Below are positions 26,624 to 35,432 of a stretch of 44,301 nt of DNA, in pieces. This DNA is from Thermoplasmata archaeon (GTDB taxonomy: Archaea; Thermoplasmatota; Thermoplasmata; Lutacidiplasmatales; UBA184), in the NCBI GenBank assembly GCA_037916495.1, contig JBAIXP010000058.1, forward strand, positions 1-44,301. Reading direction: 5' to 3'. The notes under the pieces were generated by a model, which saw only the letters and a list, made by a program, of their open reading frames with translations, searched no databases and had not been told where the DNA came from. The number at the start of each line of letters is the position of its first letter. Position 1 is the first letter of the stretch. The translations under genes were made by a program, and so were the position numbers.

Positions 26624-27610
26624 ATGCTGGCGGACGCCTACGGGCGGACGATCACCGACCTGCGCATCAGCGTGACGCAGCGGTGCAACTTCTCCTGCGT
26701 CTACTGCCACGACGAGGGGCTCGGGCCGGTCCAGCGGCCGCACTCAGCCCACGACGAGGAGCTCCGTCCCGAGGAGGTCGAGAGGCTGGTCGGCGTCGCC
26801 CGGGAGTTCGGCGTCCGGTCGGTGAAACTCACCGGCGGCGAACCGCTCGTCCGTCCGGACCTCGAGGAGATCGTCCGGCTCATCGTCCGTCAGATCCCGG
26901 ACGTCTCGCTCACGACCAACGGTTCGTTCCTCGAGCGGCGCGCCGCCCCGTTGCGCGAGGCCGGGTTGAAGCGGCTCAACGTCTCGGTCGACTCGACCGA
27001 CCCCGAGCAGTTCCGCGAGATCCGCCACGGCCCTCTCGCCCCGGTGCTCCGCGGGGTCCGGGCGGCGCTCGCCGAGGGCCTCACGCCGGTGAAGCTCAAC
27101 ATGGTCGTCTTCGGCCCGACGGTGGCGAACATCCCGTCGATGATCGACTACGTGGGGGCGACCGAGGGGCTCAAGCTCCAGCTCATCCAGTTCATGCCCG
27201 AGCTCGCAGCGCACCTCCCGCTCGCCGCGGACATCGCCTCCGTCCGAGGGTGGCTCGAGCAGCACGCCTCGCGCGTCCTGGTGCGGGAGATGCACCACCG
27301 GCGCGTCTACCTCTTCGGCCGCACGGAGGTCGAGTTGGTGGACCCGGTCGAGAACCCCGAGTTCTGCGCGAACTGCCACCGGTTGCGGGTCACCCACCGG
27401 GGCGAGCTCAAGGGCTGCCTGAACCGCAACGACGACCTGGTCCCGACCCGCGGCCTCGACGACGACGGCCTGCGCGCGGCGTTCCGCCGGGTCGTCGCCG
27501 GGCGCGTCCCGTACTACGGCGTCTACGCCCGCGGTTCCGTCCGAGGTCCCGGGCTCGTGGCCCCGCCCCCCTCCGAAGGGCGCGGGGAGCCCCTGCCGAT
27601 GGTTCCCTGA
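26624..27610 (+). CDS. moaA: GTP 3',8-cyclase (molybdopterin biosynthesis radical SAM)
   Basis: DAYGR...LRISVTQRCNFSCVYCH, KLTGGEPL, TTNG, FCANCHRLRVT...KGCL. Confidence 0.93.
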   Translation: MLADAYGRTITDLRISVTQRCNFSCVYCHDEGLGPVQRPHSAHDEELRPEEVERLVGVAREFGVRSVKLTGGEPLVRPDLEEIVRLIVRQIPDVSLTTNGSFLERRAAPLREAGLKRLNVSVDSTDPEQFREIRHGPLAPVLRGVRAALAEGLTPVKLNMVVFGPTVANIPSMIDYVGATEGLKLQLIQFMPELAAHLPLAADIASVRGWLEQHASRVLVREMHHRRVYLFGRTEVELVDPVENPEFCANCHRLRVTHRGELKGCLNRNDDLVPTRGLDDDGLRAAFRRVVAGRVPYYGVYARGSVRGPGLVAPPPSEGRGEPLPMVP

Positions 27611-27672
27611 AGGCTCGGGCGGTCCGCTCCGGCCCCGATTTATCCCGACCCGCCCTCACGGCCCGTACGACC

Positions 27673-28125
27673 ATGACGATCGACTTTGGCTACGCAAAGA
27701 GTCCGGCGCTCCGGCTCGCGACCATCGCCTGGACGGGGCCGTGGAGCGACAAGAAGGTCCAAACCCAGTTCGAGCGGGTGGAAAAGTGGGTCCAGCGGCA
27801 GGGACTCAAGCCCGGTCGGTACGTCTTCCGAGAGCCGAACGAACGCCGGTTCGAGGTCGGGGTCGAGGTCCGCGGGCCGGTCCGATCCTCCGCCGGGATC
27901 CGGGTGCGGACGCTCCCGGCGGCCCGCGTCGCCCACGTCGTCTTCGATCCGGAAGCGATCGCCCCGCGCGTCATCTACCACGGCCTCTACGACTGGCTCC
28001 GGTGGCAGCGACGCGAGAAGGCGATCCGCGCGGCGGGCGACTACCGCGAGGTCTACACCGCGAACCCGTGGCGCGACGCCCGCGCCTGGGCCCGCACGGA
28101 GATCCAGGTCGTCGTGCGCCCGTGA
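27673..28125 (+). CDS. GyrI-like small-molecule-binding domain protein
   Basis: LATIAWTGPW, IRVRTLPAARVA, YHGLYDWL, YREVYTANP...TEIQVVV pattern. Confidence 0.75.
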   Translation: MTIDFGYAKSPALRLATIAWTGPWSDKKVQTQFERVEKWVQRQGLKPGRYVFREPNERRFEVGVEVRGPVRSSAGIRVRTLPAARVAHVVFDPEAIAPRVIYHGLYDWLRWQRREKAIRAAGDYREVYTANPWRDARAWARTEIQVVVRP

Positions 28126-28214
28126 GCGGCGGTCCTCGGGGCCCGACCCCGGCGGGCTCGGCCGCGCCGGTCCGCCGGGAACCGTCAAGTCCTCCGGACG
28201 TTCGCGCGTCGGCG

Positions 28215-28787
28215 ATGTCGAACGCGGGGCCGGCCGCCACGGACCCCACCGACACCGCCACGTTGGCGGGCGGGTGCTTTTGGTGCACGGAGGCGGTCTT
28301 CTCCGAGCTCAAGGGGGTCGTGCGGGTGCTGCCGGGCTACGCGGGCGGCACCGTGCCGAACCCCAGCTACGAGCAGGTCTGCACCGGGACGACGGGCCAC
28401 GCCGAGTCGGTCCAGATCGACTACCGGCCCCGGGAGATCTCGTTCCACGACCTCTTGGTCGTCTTCTTCACGACCCACGACCCGACGACCCTGAACCGCC
28501 AGGGCCACGACGTCGGGACCCAGTACCGCTCCGCGGTCTTCTACCGCTCGCCCGAACAGAAGGCGACGGTCGAGGAGGTCCTCGGGGAGCTCGAGTCGGC
28601 CGGCGTCTGGCGTCGCAAGATCGTCACCGAGGTCGTCCCGTTCAAGGAGTTCTTCCCGGCCGAGGAGTACCACCGGCAGTACTTCCGTCGGAACCCCGAG
28701 AAGGGCTACTGCCAGGCGGTCATCGCCCCGAAGCTCTCGAAGTTCCGCAAGGAGCACGCGGCCCGGCTGAGGCCGGCCGAGGGCTAG
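28215..28787 (+). CDS. msrA: Peptide-methionine (S)-sulfoxide reductase
   Basis: GGCFWC, GYAGG, TGHAE, HDPTTLNRQGHDVGTQYRS, AEEYH. Confidence 0.97.
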   Translation: MSNAGPAATDPTDTATLAGGCFWCTEAVFSELKGVVRVLPGYAGGTVPNPSYEQVCTGTTGHAESVQIDYRPREISFHDLLVVFFTTHDPTTLNRQGHDVGTQYRSAVFYRSPEQKATVEEVLGELESAGVWRRKIVTEVVPFKEFFPAEEYHRQYFRRNPEKGYCQAVIAPKLSKFRKEHAARLRPAEG

Positions 28788-29374
28788 CCGGTCCCGTACG
28801 CTCCCGTCACGGCCAGGACGGCAAAGTACACGGCAAAGGCGGCGAGCGCGCCCGTCGAGACCAGCGCGACCGCCCTCTCGAACCGCTCCCACCGGCGGGC
28901 TCCGCCCCGGACGGCGAGCGGGAAGACGGTGACCCAGACGACGATCGCTCCGAAAAGGCCGAACAAGAGGATGGCCCCGCCGACGAAAGCGAAGCCGATC
29001 CCGGCCGTGAGCCACCAGAGGACCTGGAACGGGTTCGAAAGGCCGAGCAGCAGGGCCCGGGAGAACGACCGGAACTCCCTCTCCTCGGAGGGGTCCGCAC
29101 GGCGGCGGGCCAGCCGGACCGCGAAGTACGCCATCACTCCCGCCCCGAGGGCGTAGACGACCTCCCGCACCGCGCGCAGATCGATCGGGCCGTGGACCAG
29201 GTAGACGACCGTTCCTAAGAGGGCGTCCGCGGTCATCGCGCCGAACCCGGTCGCGAGGCCCGCGCGGTAGGAACGGACGGAGGCGGCCGCGATCCAGGCG
29301 TTCATCGGGCCCGGCGGGACGGCGAGGGAGGCACCGAGCGCCAGACCGAGGAGGGCCGCGTCGACGGGGTTCAA
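28784..29374 (-). CDS. LysE/RhtB family translocator
   Basis: LAVPPGPMN, GFGAMTAD and LGLSNPFQVLWW; hydrophobic throughout. TTG start assumed. Confidence 0.85.
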   Translation of the reverse strand: MNPVDAALLGLALGASLAVPPGPMNAWIAAASVRSYRAGLATGFGAMTADALLGTVVYLVHGPIDLRAVREVVYALGAGVMAYFAVRLARRRADPSEEREFRSFSRALLLGLSNPFQVLWWLTAGIGFAFVGGAILLFGLFGAIVVWVTVFPLAVRGGARRWERFERAVALVSTGALAAFAVYFAVLAVTGAYGTG

Positions 29375-29559
29375 CGGTGGACCGGGCTCCGGCGGAGCGC
29401 CGGCGGACGGCGGGCCCACGAAGATTACCTGAGCGGGTCGCGGTCCGGACCGGCCGACGCGCCGAGCCACCCTCGCGGCCCGGCGCCGCCGTAGAGCGCC
29501 CCGGGGCCACTTCGAGTCGAAGGCCACGTATTTTGAAGGGGGGCCGCTAGCGCTCGGCG

Positions 29560-29724
29560 ATGACACCTCCGCCGCCCGAAATGGTTGGTCCCCGCCCCAA
29601 CGAGCTCGTGCTCTACCGATGCTTGGTCTGCGGCTACCAGTCCCTCAAGGCCGACGAGATCGGCGAGCACCTCATGCAGCACACCGAGGCGGCGAAGTAC
29701 ACCTTCGCGACCCTCGTGAAGTAG
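29560..29724 (+). CDS. 54-aa single C2H2 zinc-finger microprotein (below ORF-track cutoff)
   Basis: MTPPPPEMVGPRPNELVLYRCLVCGYQSLKADEIGEHLMQHTEAAKYTFATLVK: C-x2-C-x12-H-x3-H. TATTTTGAA about 25-30 nt upstream. Confidence 0.8.
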   Translation: MTPPPPEMVGPRPNELVLYRCLVCGYQSLKADEIGEHLMQHTEAAKYTFATLVK

Positions 29725-29772
29725 GTCCGGGCACGGCCGCGGCCCCCGACCCTCGACGGGGGCCCGAGGTTC

Positions 29773-30171
29773 CTAGCGGGGGCCGTCCGGCTTCTTCGCC
29801 GGCACGAAGAGGAGCGAGATCGAGTTCACGCAGTGCCGCGTGTTCGTGTCGGTGAACCGTTCCCCCTCGAAGACGTGGCCAAGGTGCGCGTCGCACGCCG
29901 CGCACCGGATCTCCGTACGCTCGCCGTCCGGATCGGGAATCCGGCGGACCGCGCCCGCGACCTCCCGGTCGAAGCTCGGCCAGCCGCAACCGCTGTCGAA
30001 CTTCGACGTGGAGGTGTAGAGCTCCGCTCCGCATCGCTTGCAGACGTACGACCCCGGGGCGAAGTGGTGGTCGTACTCGCCCGAGAACGGAGCCTCCGTC
30101 CCCCGGCGCACGATCACGGCCTCTTCCTGGCGGGTGAGGGTGCGCCAGCCCGACGGGGTTGACGACGACAT
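29773..30171 (-). CDS. msrB: Methionine (R)-sulfoxide reductase, Zn-binding type
   Basis: GTEAPFSG, CKRC and CAAC, KFDSGCGWPSF, HLGHVF, RHCVNS. Confidence 0.96.
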   Translation of the reverse strand: MSSSTPSGWRTLTRQEEAVIVRRGTEAPFSGEYDHHFAPGSYVCKRCGAELYTSTSKFDSGCGWPSFDREVAGAVRRIPDPDGERTEIRCAACDAHLGHVFEGERFTDTNTRHCVNSISLLFVPAKKPDGPR

Positions 30172-30352
30172 CGACCGATGAACCCGACAGTCCCTCATTA
30201 CCTCTCGTCGAACCCGAGGGACCCGGTCGGCGCACGCGCCGACGAGCGCCCCCTCGCTCCGCCCGAGGGGAATGTCGAGCCCCTCCGCTCGGGGTACGCC
30301 GGTTGCGGGTCCAACCAAGCCTACAAAATCCCCGAGGAACGACCGAACCGCC

Positions 30353-31027
30353 ATGGAACGCGCCTACGAGAAGCTGCTCGGGACCGTGCTTGTCGCGATC
30401 GGGGTCGCCCTCCTCCTGGTGGGATTCGTCACCGCCTACGAGGAGATCCAGCACCTCCCGTCCTCCCGCGGCCCCACCGCGAAGTTCACCTGGAGCCTCG
30501 CCGGGCTCTCGGCGACGTTCCACGATGCGTCGAGCGCGAGCGGGTCGGCGATCACCACCGTCTACTGGTCGTTCGGCGACGGAGGGTCGAACTCGTCCCC
30601 GGACGCCTCGCACACCTACGCTTCGCCCGGGTCGTACAACGTGACCCTCGAGATCCAGGACGCCAACGGCGCGTCGGCGCAATCGATGGCCGAGCTCCTG
30701 GTGTCGGCCACGGGCTCCTCGAACGGCGCGAGCTCCGTGAGCGGCCCGGCCGGCAACCAGACGAACATCGGCTCGACCCTCGGGTCGCTGTTCGGCGGGA
30801 TCACGGGGCTGTTCACGACGATCGAGACGTTCGTCCTGCTCCTCGTGATCTGGCTGGTCGGCGCGTCGGTCCTGAAGGGCGGGTGGAACCTCATCACCCC
30901 GAAGGCCGAGACGATCTCGGTCCGGGTGAGGCCCCGCTCCCTCCAGCTTGAACCGGTCGCGCCGGCGCCGAGCCCGACCGGTGCGGCCTCTCCGCCCCCC
31001 GGGTCCTCCCCTCCTCCCACCGGGTAG
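30353..31027 (+). CDS. Membrane protein with extracytoplasmic PKD domain
   Basis: TM helix, PKD motif WSFGDG...ASHTYASPGSYNVTLEIQD, second TM region, Pro-rich tail. Confidence 0.82.
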   Translation: MERAYEKLLGTVLVAIGVALLLVGFVTAYEEIQHLPSSRGPTAKFTWSLAGLSATFHDASSASGSAITTVYWSFGDGGSNSSPDASHTYASPGSYNVTLEIQDANGASAQSMAELLVSATGSSNGASSVSGPAGNQTNIGSTLGSLFGGITGLFTTIETFVLLLVIWLVGASVLKGGWNLITPKAETISVRVRPRSLQLEPVAPAPSPTGAASPPPGSSPPPTG

Positions 31028-31161
31028 AGACGGCGCATATTCCTGGGGTCGCCCGGAGGCCACGGACCCGCTGGAACTCGGCCGGCGGCCGTTCCTTCGG
31101 GGGGTTGTGCCCGACGGGCCGAGCGACGGCTTAAACCTCCGACCATCGTTCTGCCGGCTCC

Positions 31162-33315
31162 GTGTCCGGCCGACGCCTCGCCGCGATCATGTTCACCGAC
31201 GTGGTCGGGTTCACGGCCTCGACGCACGCCGACGAAGCCCGCGCGCTCGAGCTCCTCGCCGACCACGAGCGCAGGGTCCGGCCGATCCTCGAGCGTCACG
31301 GCGGCCGCGAGGTGAAGACGATCGGCGACTCGTTCCTGGTCGAGTTCGGGAGCGCCCTCGATGCGTGCCGCTGCGCGGTCGACCTCCAACGTGCGCTGCG
31401 CGACGAAAGTTCCGCGACCTCCCCGGCCTTCTCTGTCCGCATCGGCATCCACCTGGGCGACGTCGTCCACCGCGGCGAGGATGTCTTTGGCGACGCGGTG
31501 AACATCGCCTCGCGAATCGAGCATCTCGCGGAGCCGGGTGGGATCTGCGTCTCCCAGCAGGTCGCCGACCAGGTCGCGAACAAGCTCGGCCTGCCGCTCG
31601 TGCGGCGCGGCGGAACGGAGCTTCGCAGCGTCGCGACGCCGATCGGCGTCTACGCCATCGACCTCGGCGGGTCCGTTCCGGCCGTCCCGGGGCCGGCCGC
31701 CCCTGTGCCGGCGCCGAGCGCGCGGCGGATCGCGGTGCTCCCGCTCGAGAACCTCTCGGTGGGCAACGACGTCGACTACCTGGCGGACGGGTTCACCGAG
31801 GAGCTCATCCTCCGCCTCTCGAAGGTCCCGGGGCTCCACGTCCTCGCCCGCAGCTCGATCATGCGCTACAAGGGCCGGACCGACCCCCCGGCGACGATCG
31901 CCCGCGAGCTCGGGGTCGGCGCGATCCTCGAAGGAAGCGTGCGCGTCCACGGGGAACGCCTGCGGATCACGACGACCCTGGTCGACCCGGCGCGCGAGGA
32001 GCCGCTGTGGTCGGAGGCGTACGACCGGGGGCTCGCGGACATCTTTGACGTCCAGACCGAGATCGCCGAGCGCACCGCGGTCGCCCTCACCTCCCGGCTC
32101 TCGCCCGAGGCGCGCGAGCAGGTCGCCCGGGCGCCGACCCACGACCGGACCGCCTACGAGGCGTACCTCCGCGGACGGTACCTGTGGAACCGACGCACGG
32201 AGGAATCGCTACGGGCGTCGATCGAGGAGTACCGCCGGGCGCTCGCCCTCGACCCGGCGCTCGCCCTCGCGCACGCGGGGATCGCCGACGCGTTCCTGGC
32301 GCGCGCGCTCCTCGAGTTCGCCCGGCCGAGCGACGCGTTCCCCGAGGCCCGGGCCGCGGCCGAGCGCGCGCTTGCGATCGACGCGAACTGCGCGGAGGCC
32401 CTCACCTCGCTCGCCGTGGTCCGGTTCCAGTTCGACCGGGACTGGGGGGGCAGCGAAACGGCGTTCCGGCGCGCGATCGAGCTGAACCCGAACTACGCAC
32501 CGGCCCACCACCAGTTCGCCGACCTTCTGAAGGCCCTCGGACGCTTTGACGAGGCCCTCGCCGAGATCCGTCGGGCGCTCGACCTCGACCCGCTCTCGCT
32601 CGCCATCAACACCGGCGTCGGCCACGTCCTCTACCTCGCCCGCCGCTACGACGAGGCGATCGCGCAGTACCGGCGGACGCTCGAGCTCGACCCCGGCTTC
32701 GTGCAGGCCCACCTCTGGTTCGGCCGTCCGTACCTCGAGAAAGGCATGTTCCGCGAGGCGATCGAGGAGCTCGAGCGGGCGGCGAAGATCTCGGAGGGGA
32801 GCACGATCTCGCTCGCCGTGCTCGCTCACGCCTACGCGGCGGCCGGGCGGCGCGCCCGGGCGACCGAGCTGCTCGGACGGCTCAAGCGGCGGGCGGGGTC
32901 GAGCTACGTCCCGTCGTACTGGATCGGGCTCGTCTACGTGGGCCTCGGGGACCGGGACCGGGCGTTCGCCTGGCTCGAACGCGCGTGCGCGGAGCGGTCG
33001 AGCTGGCTCAGTTGGGCGATGGTCGAGCCCCGCTTCGACAGCCTCCGGGACGACCCGCGGTTCGCCCGCCTCCTTTCGGAGATGCACCTTCCCCCTCCCG
33101 GCACGACCGCTCCCGCACCCCCCAAGGTCCGGGCTCGGCCGGCCGCACCGGGCGGGGCGCGTCGCCCAAGCCAGGTCCGGCGCACCCCGCCTCCCCGTGC
33201 GAAGGGCCGCCCCCGGCGTGCGGGGCGCGCGTCCGCGTCGCTCCCGCGGAGAAGAACCGCTCGTGCGACCAAGCGTCCCAAGCCCGGCCGACGTCGGGGC
33301 CGCCCGAGGCCGTAA
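31162..33315 (+). CDS. Class III adenylate/guanylate cyclase + TolB-like + TPR protein
   Basis: AIMFTDVVGFT, VKTIGDSF, RIGIHLGD, DVFGDAVNIASRIE; IAVLPLENLS; multiple TPR repeats. Confidence 0.9.
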   Translation: MSGRRLAAIMFTDVVGFTASTHADEARALELLADHERRVRPILERHGGREVKTIGDSFLVEFGSALDACRCAVDLQRALRDESSATSPAFSVRIGIHLGDVVHRGEDVFGDAVNIASRIEHLAEPGGICVSQQVADQVANKLGLPLVRRGGTELRSVATPIGVYAIDLGGSVPAVPGPAAPVPAPSARRIAVLPLENLSVGNDVDYLADGFTEELILRLSKVPGLHVLARSSIMRYKGRTDPPATIARELGVGAILEGSVRVHGERLRITTTLVDPAREEPLWSEAYDRGLADIFDVQTEIAERTAVALTSRLSPEAREQVARAPTHDRTAYEAYLRGRYLWNRRTEESLRASIEEYRRALALDPALALAHAGIADAFLARALLEFARPSDAFPEARAAAERALAIDANCAEALTSLAVVRFQFDRDWGGSETAFRRAIELNPNYAPAHHQFADLLKALGRFDEALAEIRRALDLDPLSLAINTGVGHVLYLARRYDEAIAQYRRTLELDPGFVQAHLWFGRPYLEKGMFREAIEELERAAKISEGSTISLAVLAHAYAAAGRRARATELLGRLKRRAGSSYVPSYWIGLVYVGLGDRDRAFAWLERACAERSSWLSWAMVEPRFDSLRDDPRFARLLSEMHLPPPGTTAPAPPKVRARPAAPGGARRPSQVRRTPPPRAKGRPRRAGRASASLPRRRTARATKRPKPGRRRGRPRP

Positions 33316-33347
33316 GTAACTCCGGCGCGTGCCCGCACCGAGGGACG

Positions 33348-33563
33348 ATGCCTTCCGGCGAACTCGAACAGGCGCTCGGCGAGACGAAGCGGGCGGCGAA
33401 GGAGCTTGCCGTGGCGACGGCGCGGCTCACCAAGCGGGTCCTCTCGAAGGCCGACAAGGCGGCGAAGGACCCGGCGGGTTCCGTGCAGAAGGCCGCCCAG
33501 AAGGTCGCGAAGGAGCTCGACGCGATGTCGAAAGAGGTCGAGCGGCTCCTCAAGGAGCTTTGA
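33348..33563 (+). CDS. Hypothetical 71-aa amphipathic coiled-coil protein
   Basis: K/A/E-rich helical sequence, typical codon usage, TAAGTAA about 30-35 nt upstream. Confidence 0.72.
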   Translation: MPSGELEQALGETKRAAKELAVATARLTKRVLSKADKAAKDPAGSVQKAAQKVAKELDAMSKEVERLLKEL

Positions 33564-33582
33564 GGGGCCCGCGACGGGCCGG

Positions 33583-34851
33583 CTAGGCCGGACGGTCGCC
33601 CGGCGCTCCGTCGTTGACCTGCACCGCGGCTTCGACGGTGTGCGCCGCGTCCTCGGCGAGCCGTCGCGCCTCGTCCACCGTGTCCGCCCGCGCGACGGCC
33701 ACGCCGAGCCGGCGGCTGGGGTACGTCTCGGGCTTGCCGAAGAGGAAGAGGCGCACGCCGCTTCGGGCCAGCGCGCGGGAGAGCCCCCCGAACGACGGCG
33801 CGAGCCCTTGGGTCTCGGCCAGGATCACGTGCGCCGCCGCCGGGACGGTCGGCTCCGGCCCCTCGTACGGCAGGCCGAGGATCGCGCGCGCGTGGAGCGC
33901 GAACTCGCTGTTCCACTGGCTCCCGAGCGTCACAAGACCCGTGTCGTGGGGACGCGGGGAGACCTCGCTGAAGTAGACGTCCTCGCCCTTCACGAAGCAT
34001 TCGACCCCGAAGATCCCGAACCCGCCGAGGCGGTCCGTCACCGCCGTCGCGGTGCGGACGAGGGCCTCGCCGACCGCCGGGCTCACGGGCTCGGGTTGCC
34101 AGCTCTCGTGGTAGAGCGTCCCGGGCCGCACGTGGGCGATCGGGGCCATCGCAGTGGTTCCGCTCTCTCCGTCGGGGCGGTAGTGACGCAGGGCGAGCAC
34201 CGTGACCTCGCGGTCGAACGGAACGAACTCCTCGAGCATCACGCGCGGTAGGGGGACCCGGCCGTGCTCGGTCGCCTCCCGGTAGGCCCCCTCGACCCCG
34301 TCCGCGTCCCGCACGACCGTCATCCCGTGGCCCGAGCTCGAGACCATCGCCTTCACGACGACCGGAAATCCGAGGTCGCGGGCGGCGGAGCGCGCCTCGG
34401 CGGCGCTCTCCGCGAACCGAAAGGCGCTCGTGCGCACGCGCGCCTCCTCGCTCGCCAGGCGCCGGATCCGCTCGCGGTCCATCGTCGTGCGGGTCGCCTC
34501 CGCGTTCGGGACGACGACCGTCCCCTCCTCCTCGATCCGTACGAGCTCCGCGGTGGCGATCTGCTCGATCTCGGGGACCACGATGTCCGGCCCTTCGAGG
34601 TGGACCACCTCGCGCAGGGCGGTCGGGTCCGTCATGTCGATCACATGGTGACGGTGGGCGACCTGCATCGCGGGGGCGTGCGGGTAGCGGTCGACCGCCA
34701 CGACCTCGGCCCCGAGGCGCATCGCCTCGAGGGCGACCTCGCGGCCGATCTCTCCGCTCCCGAGCAGGAGGAGCTTCGGGGCGTTCCCGACGAGGGGGGT
34801 GCCGATCCGGTCGCGGAACCGCACCGTCGGCCGGGACCGGCCCGCGCTCAC
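33583..34851 (-). CDS. purT: Formate-dependent phosphoribosylglycinamide formyltransferase
   Basis: LLLGSGEIGREV, VDRYPHAPAMQVAH, PEIEQIAT, SSSGHG, ESWQP, FSEVSPRPHDTG, LFGKP. Confidence 0.95.
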   Translation of the reverse strand: MSAGRSRPTVRFRDRIGTPLVGNAPKLLLLGSGEIGREVALEAMRLGAEVVAVDRYPHAPAMQVAHRHHVIDMTDPTALREVVHLEGPDIVVPEIEQIATAELVRIEEEGTVVVPNAEATRTTMDRERIRRLASEEARVRTSAFRFAESAAEARSAARDLGFPVVVKAMVSSSGHGMTVVRDADGVEGAYREATEHGRVPLPRVMLEEFVPFDREVTVLALRHYRPDGESGTTAMAPIAHVRPGTLYHESWQPEPVSPAVGEALVRTATAVTDRLGGFGIFGVECFVKGEDVYFSEVSPRPHDTGLVTLGSQWNSEFALHARAILGLPYEGPEPTVPAAAHVILAETQGLAPSFGGLSRALARSGVRLFLFGKPETYPSRRLGVAVARADTVDEARRLAEDAAHTVEAAVQVNDGAPGDRPA

Positions 34852-34991
34852 GGCCCTCGCCAGTCGGGGCTGTAGTTATCGTCTCGGGGGAGGGGTTAGC
34901 TTGTCGTCCCCGCGGACCCCTAGGTCCCGGGCTTCGCGCGACGGCCGAAAGTTCGAATACCCCCCGTCCGCCTCTTCACGGACGACCCGAC

Positions 34992-35303
34992 GTGGCGAAC
35001 CGACCGGTACCTCCTCCTCCGCCCGCCGAGACGACCCCCGAGGGTCCGATCACGATGGCGGACCTGCAGCGCCTCGAGCACCTTGCCTGGCTCGTCGACA
35101 ACCGTGAGGCCGAGGTGGAGGCGTACGTCGAGGCGAAGCTCGCGCTTCTGAACCGACCGACGCCGGGCGGGATGGTCGGCCCTCTTCCGAACCTCTCCCT
35201 CCCCACCGACGAGCTCGCGGCCCTCGAGCGGCTCCGGGCCTCGGCCCACCTGTCGGACACCGAGTACGAGGTCCTCGAGCGCAGGGTCCTTCTCCGCCTG
35301 TGA
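34992..35303 (+). CDS. Hypothetical protein with SHOCT-like C-terminus
   Basis: C-terminal DELAALERLRASAHLSDTEYEVLERRVL resembles the SHOCT pattern; typical codon usage. Confidence 0.62.
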   Translation: MANRPVPPPPPAETTPEGPITMADLQRLEHLAWLVDNREAEVEAYVEAKLALLNRPTPGGMVGPLPNLSLPTDELAALERLRASAHLSDTEYEVLERRVLLRL

Positions 35304-35382
35304 CGGGCCGCCGGAGCGGGGCGCACGGGCGCCACGGGCCGGGCCTGCCGACCGTGCGAGTCTATCGCATGGGACGGTGCCC

Positions 35383-35388
35383 TTTAAA
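35383..35388 (+). promoter_or_regulatory. TATA box (TTTAAA) for the GltD-like gene
   Basis: Consensus TATA about 45-50 nt upstream of the ATG, with a G-rich SD-like site before the start. Confidence 0.6.
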
Positions 35389-35432
35389 GAGGCCCGGGCG
35401 GTCGTACGGCTGACGGCGCGAGAGGGGGGCGC

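Noticed and set aside
28215-30171. Selenocysteine forms of MsrA/MsrB
   Set aside because: The catalytic positions are ordinary Cys codons with no in-frame TGA.
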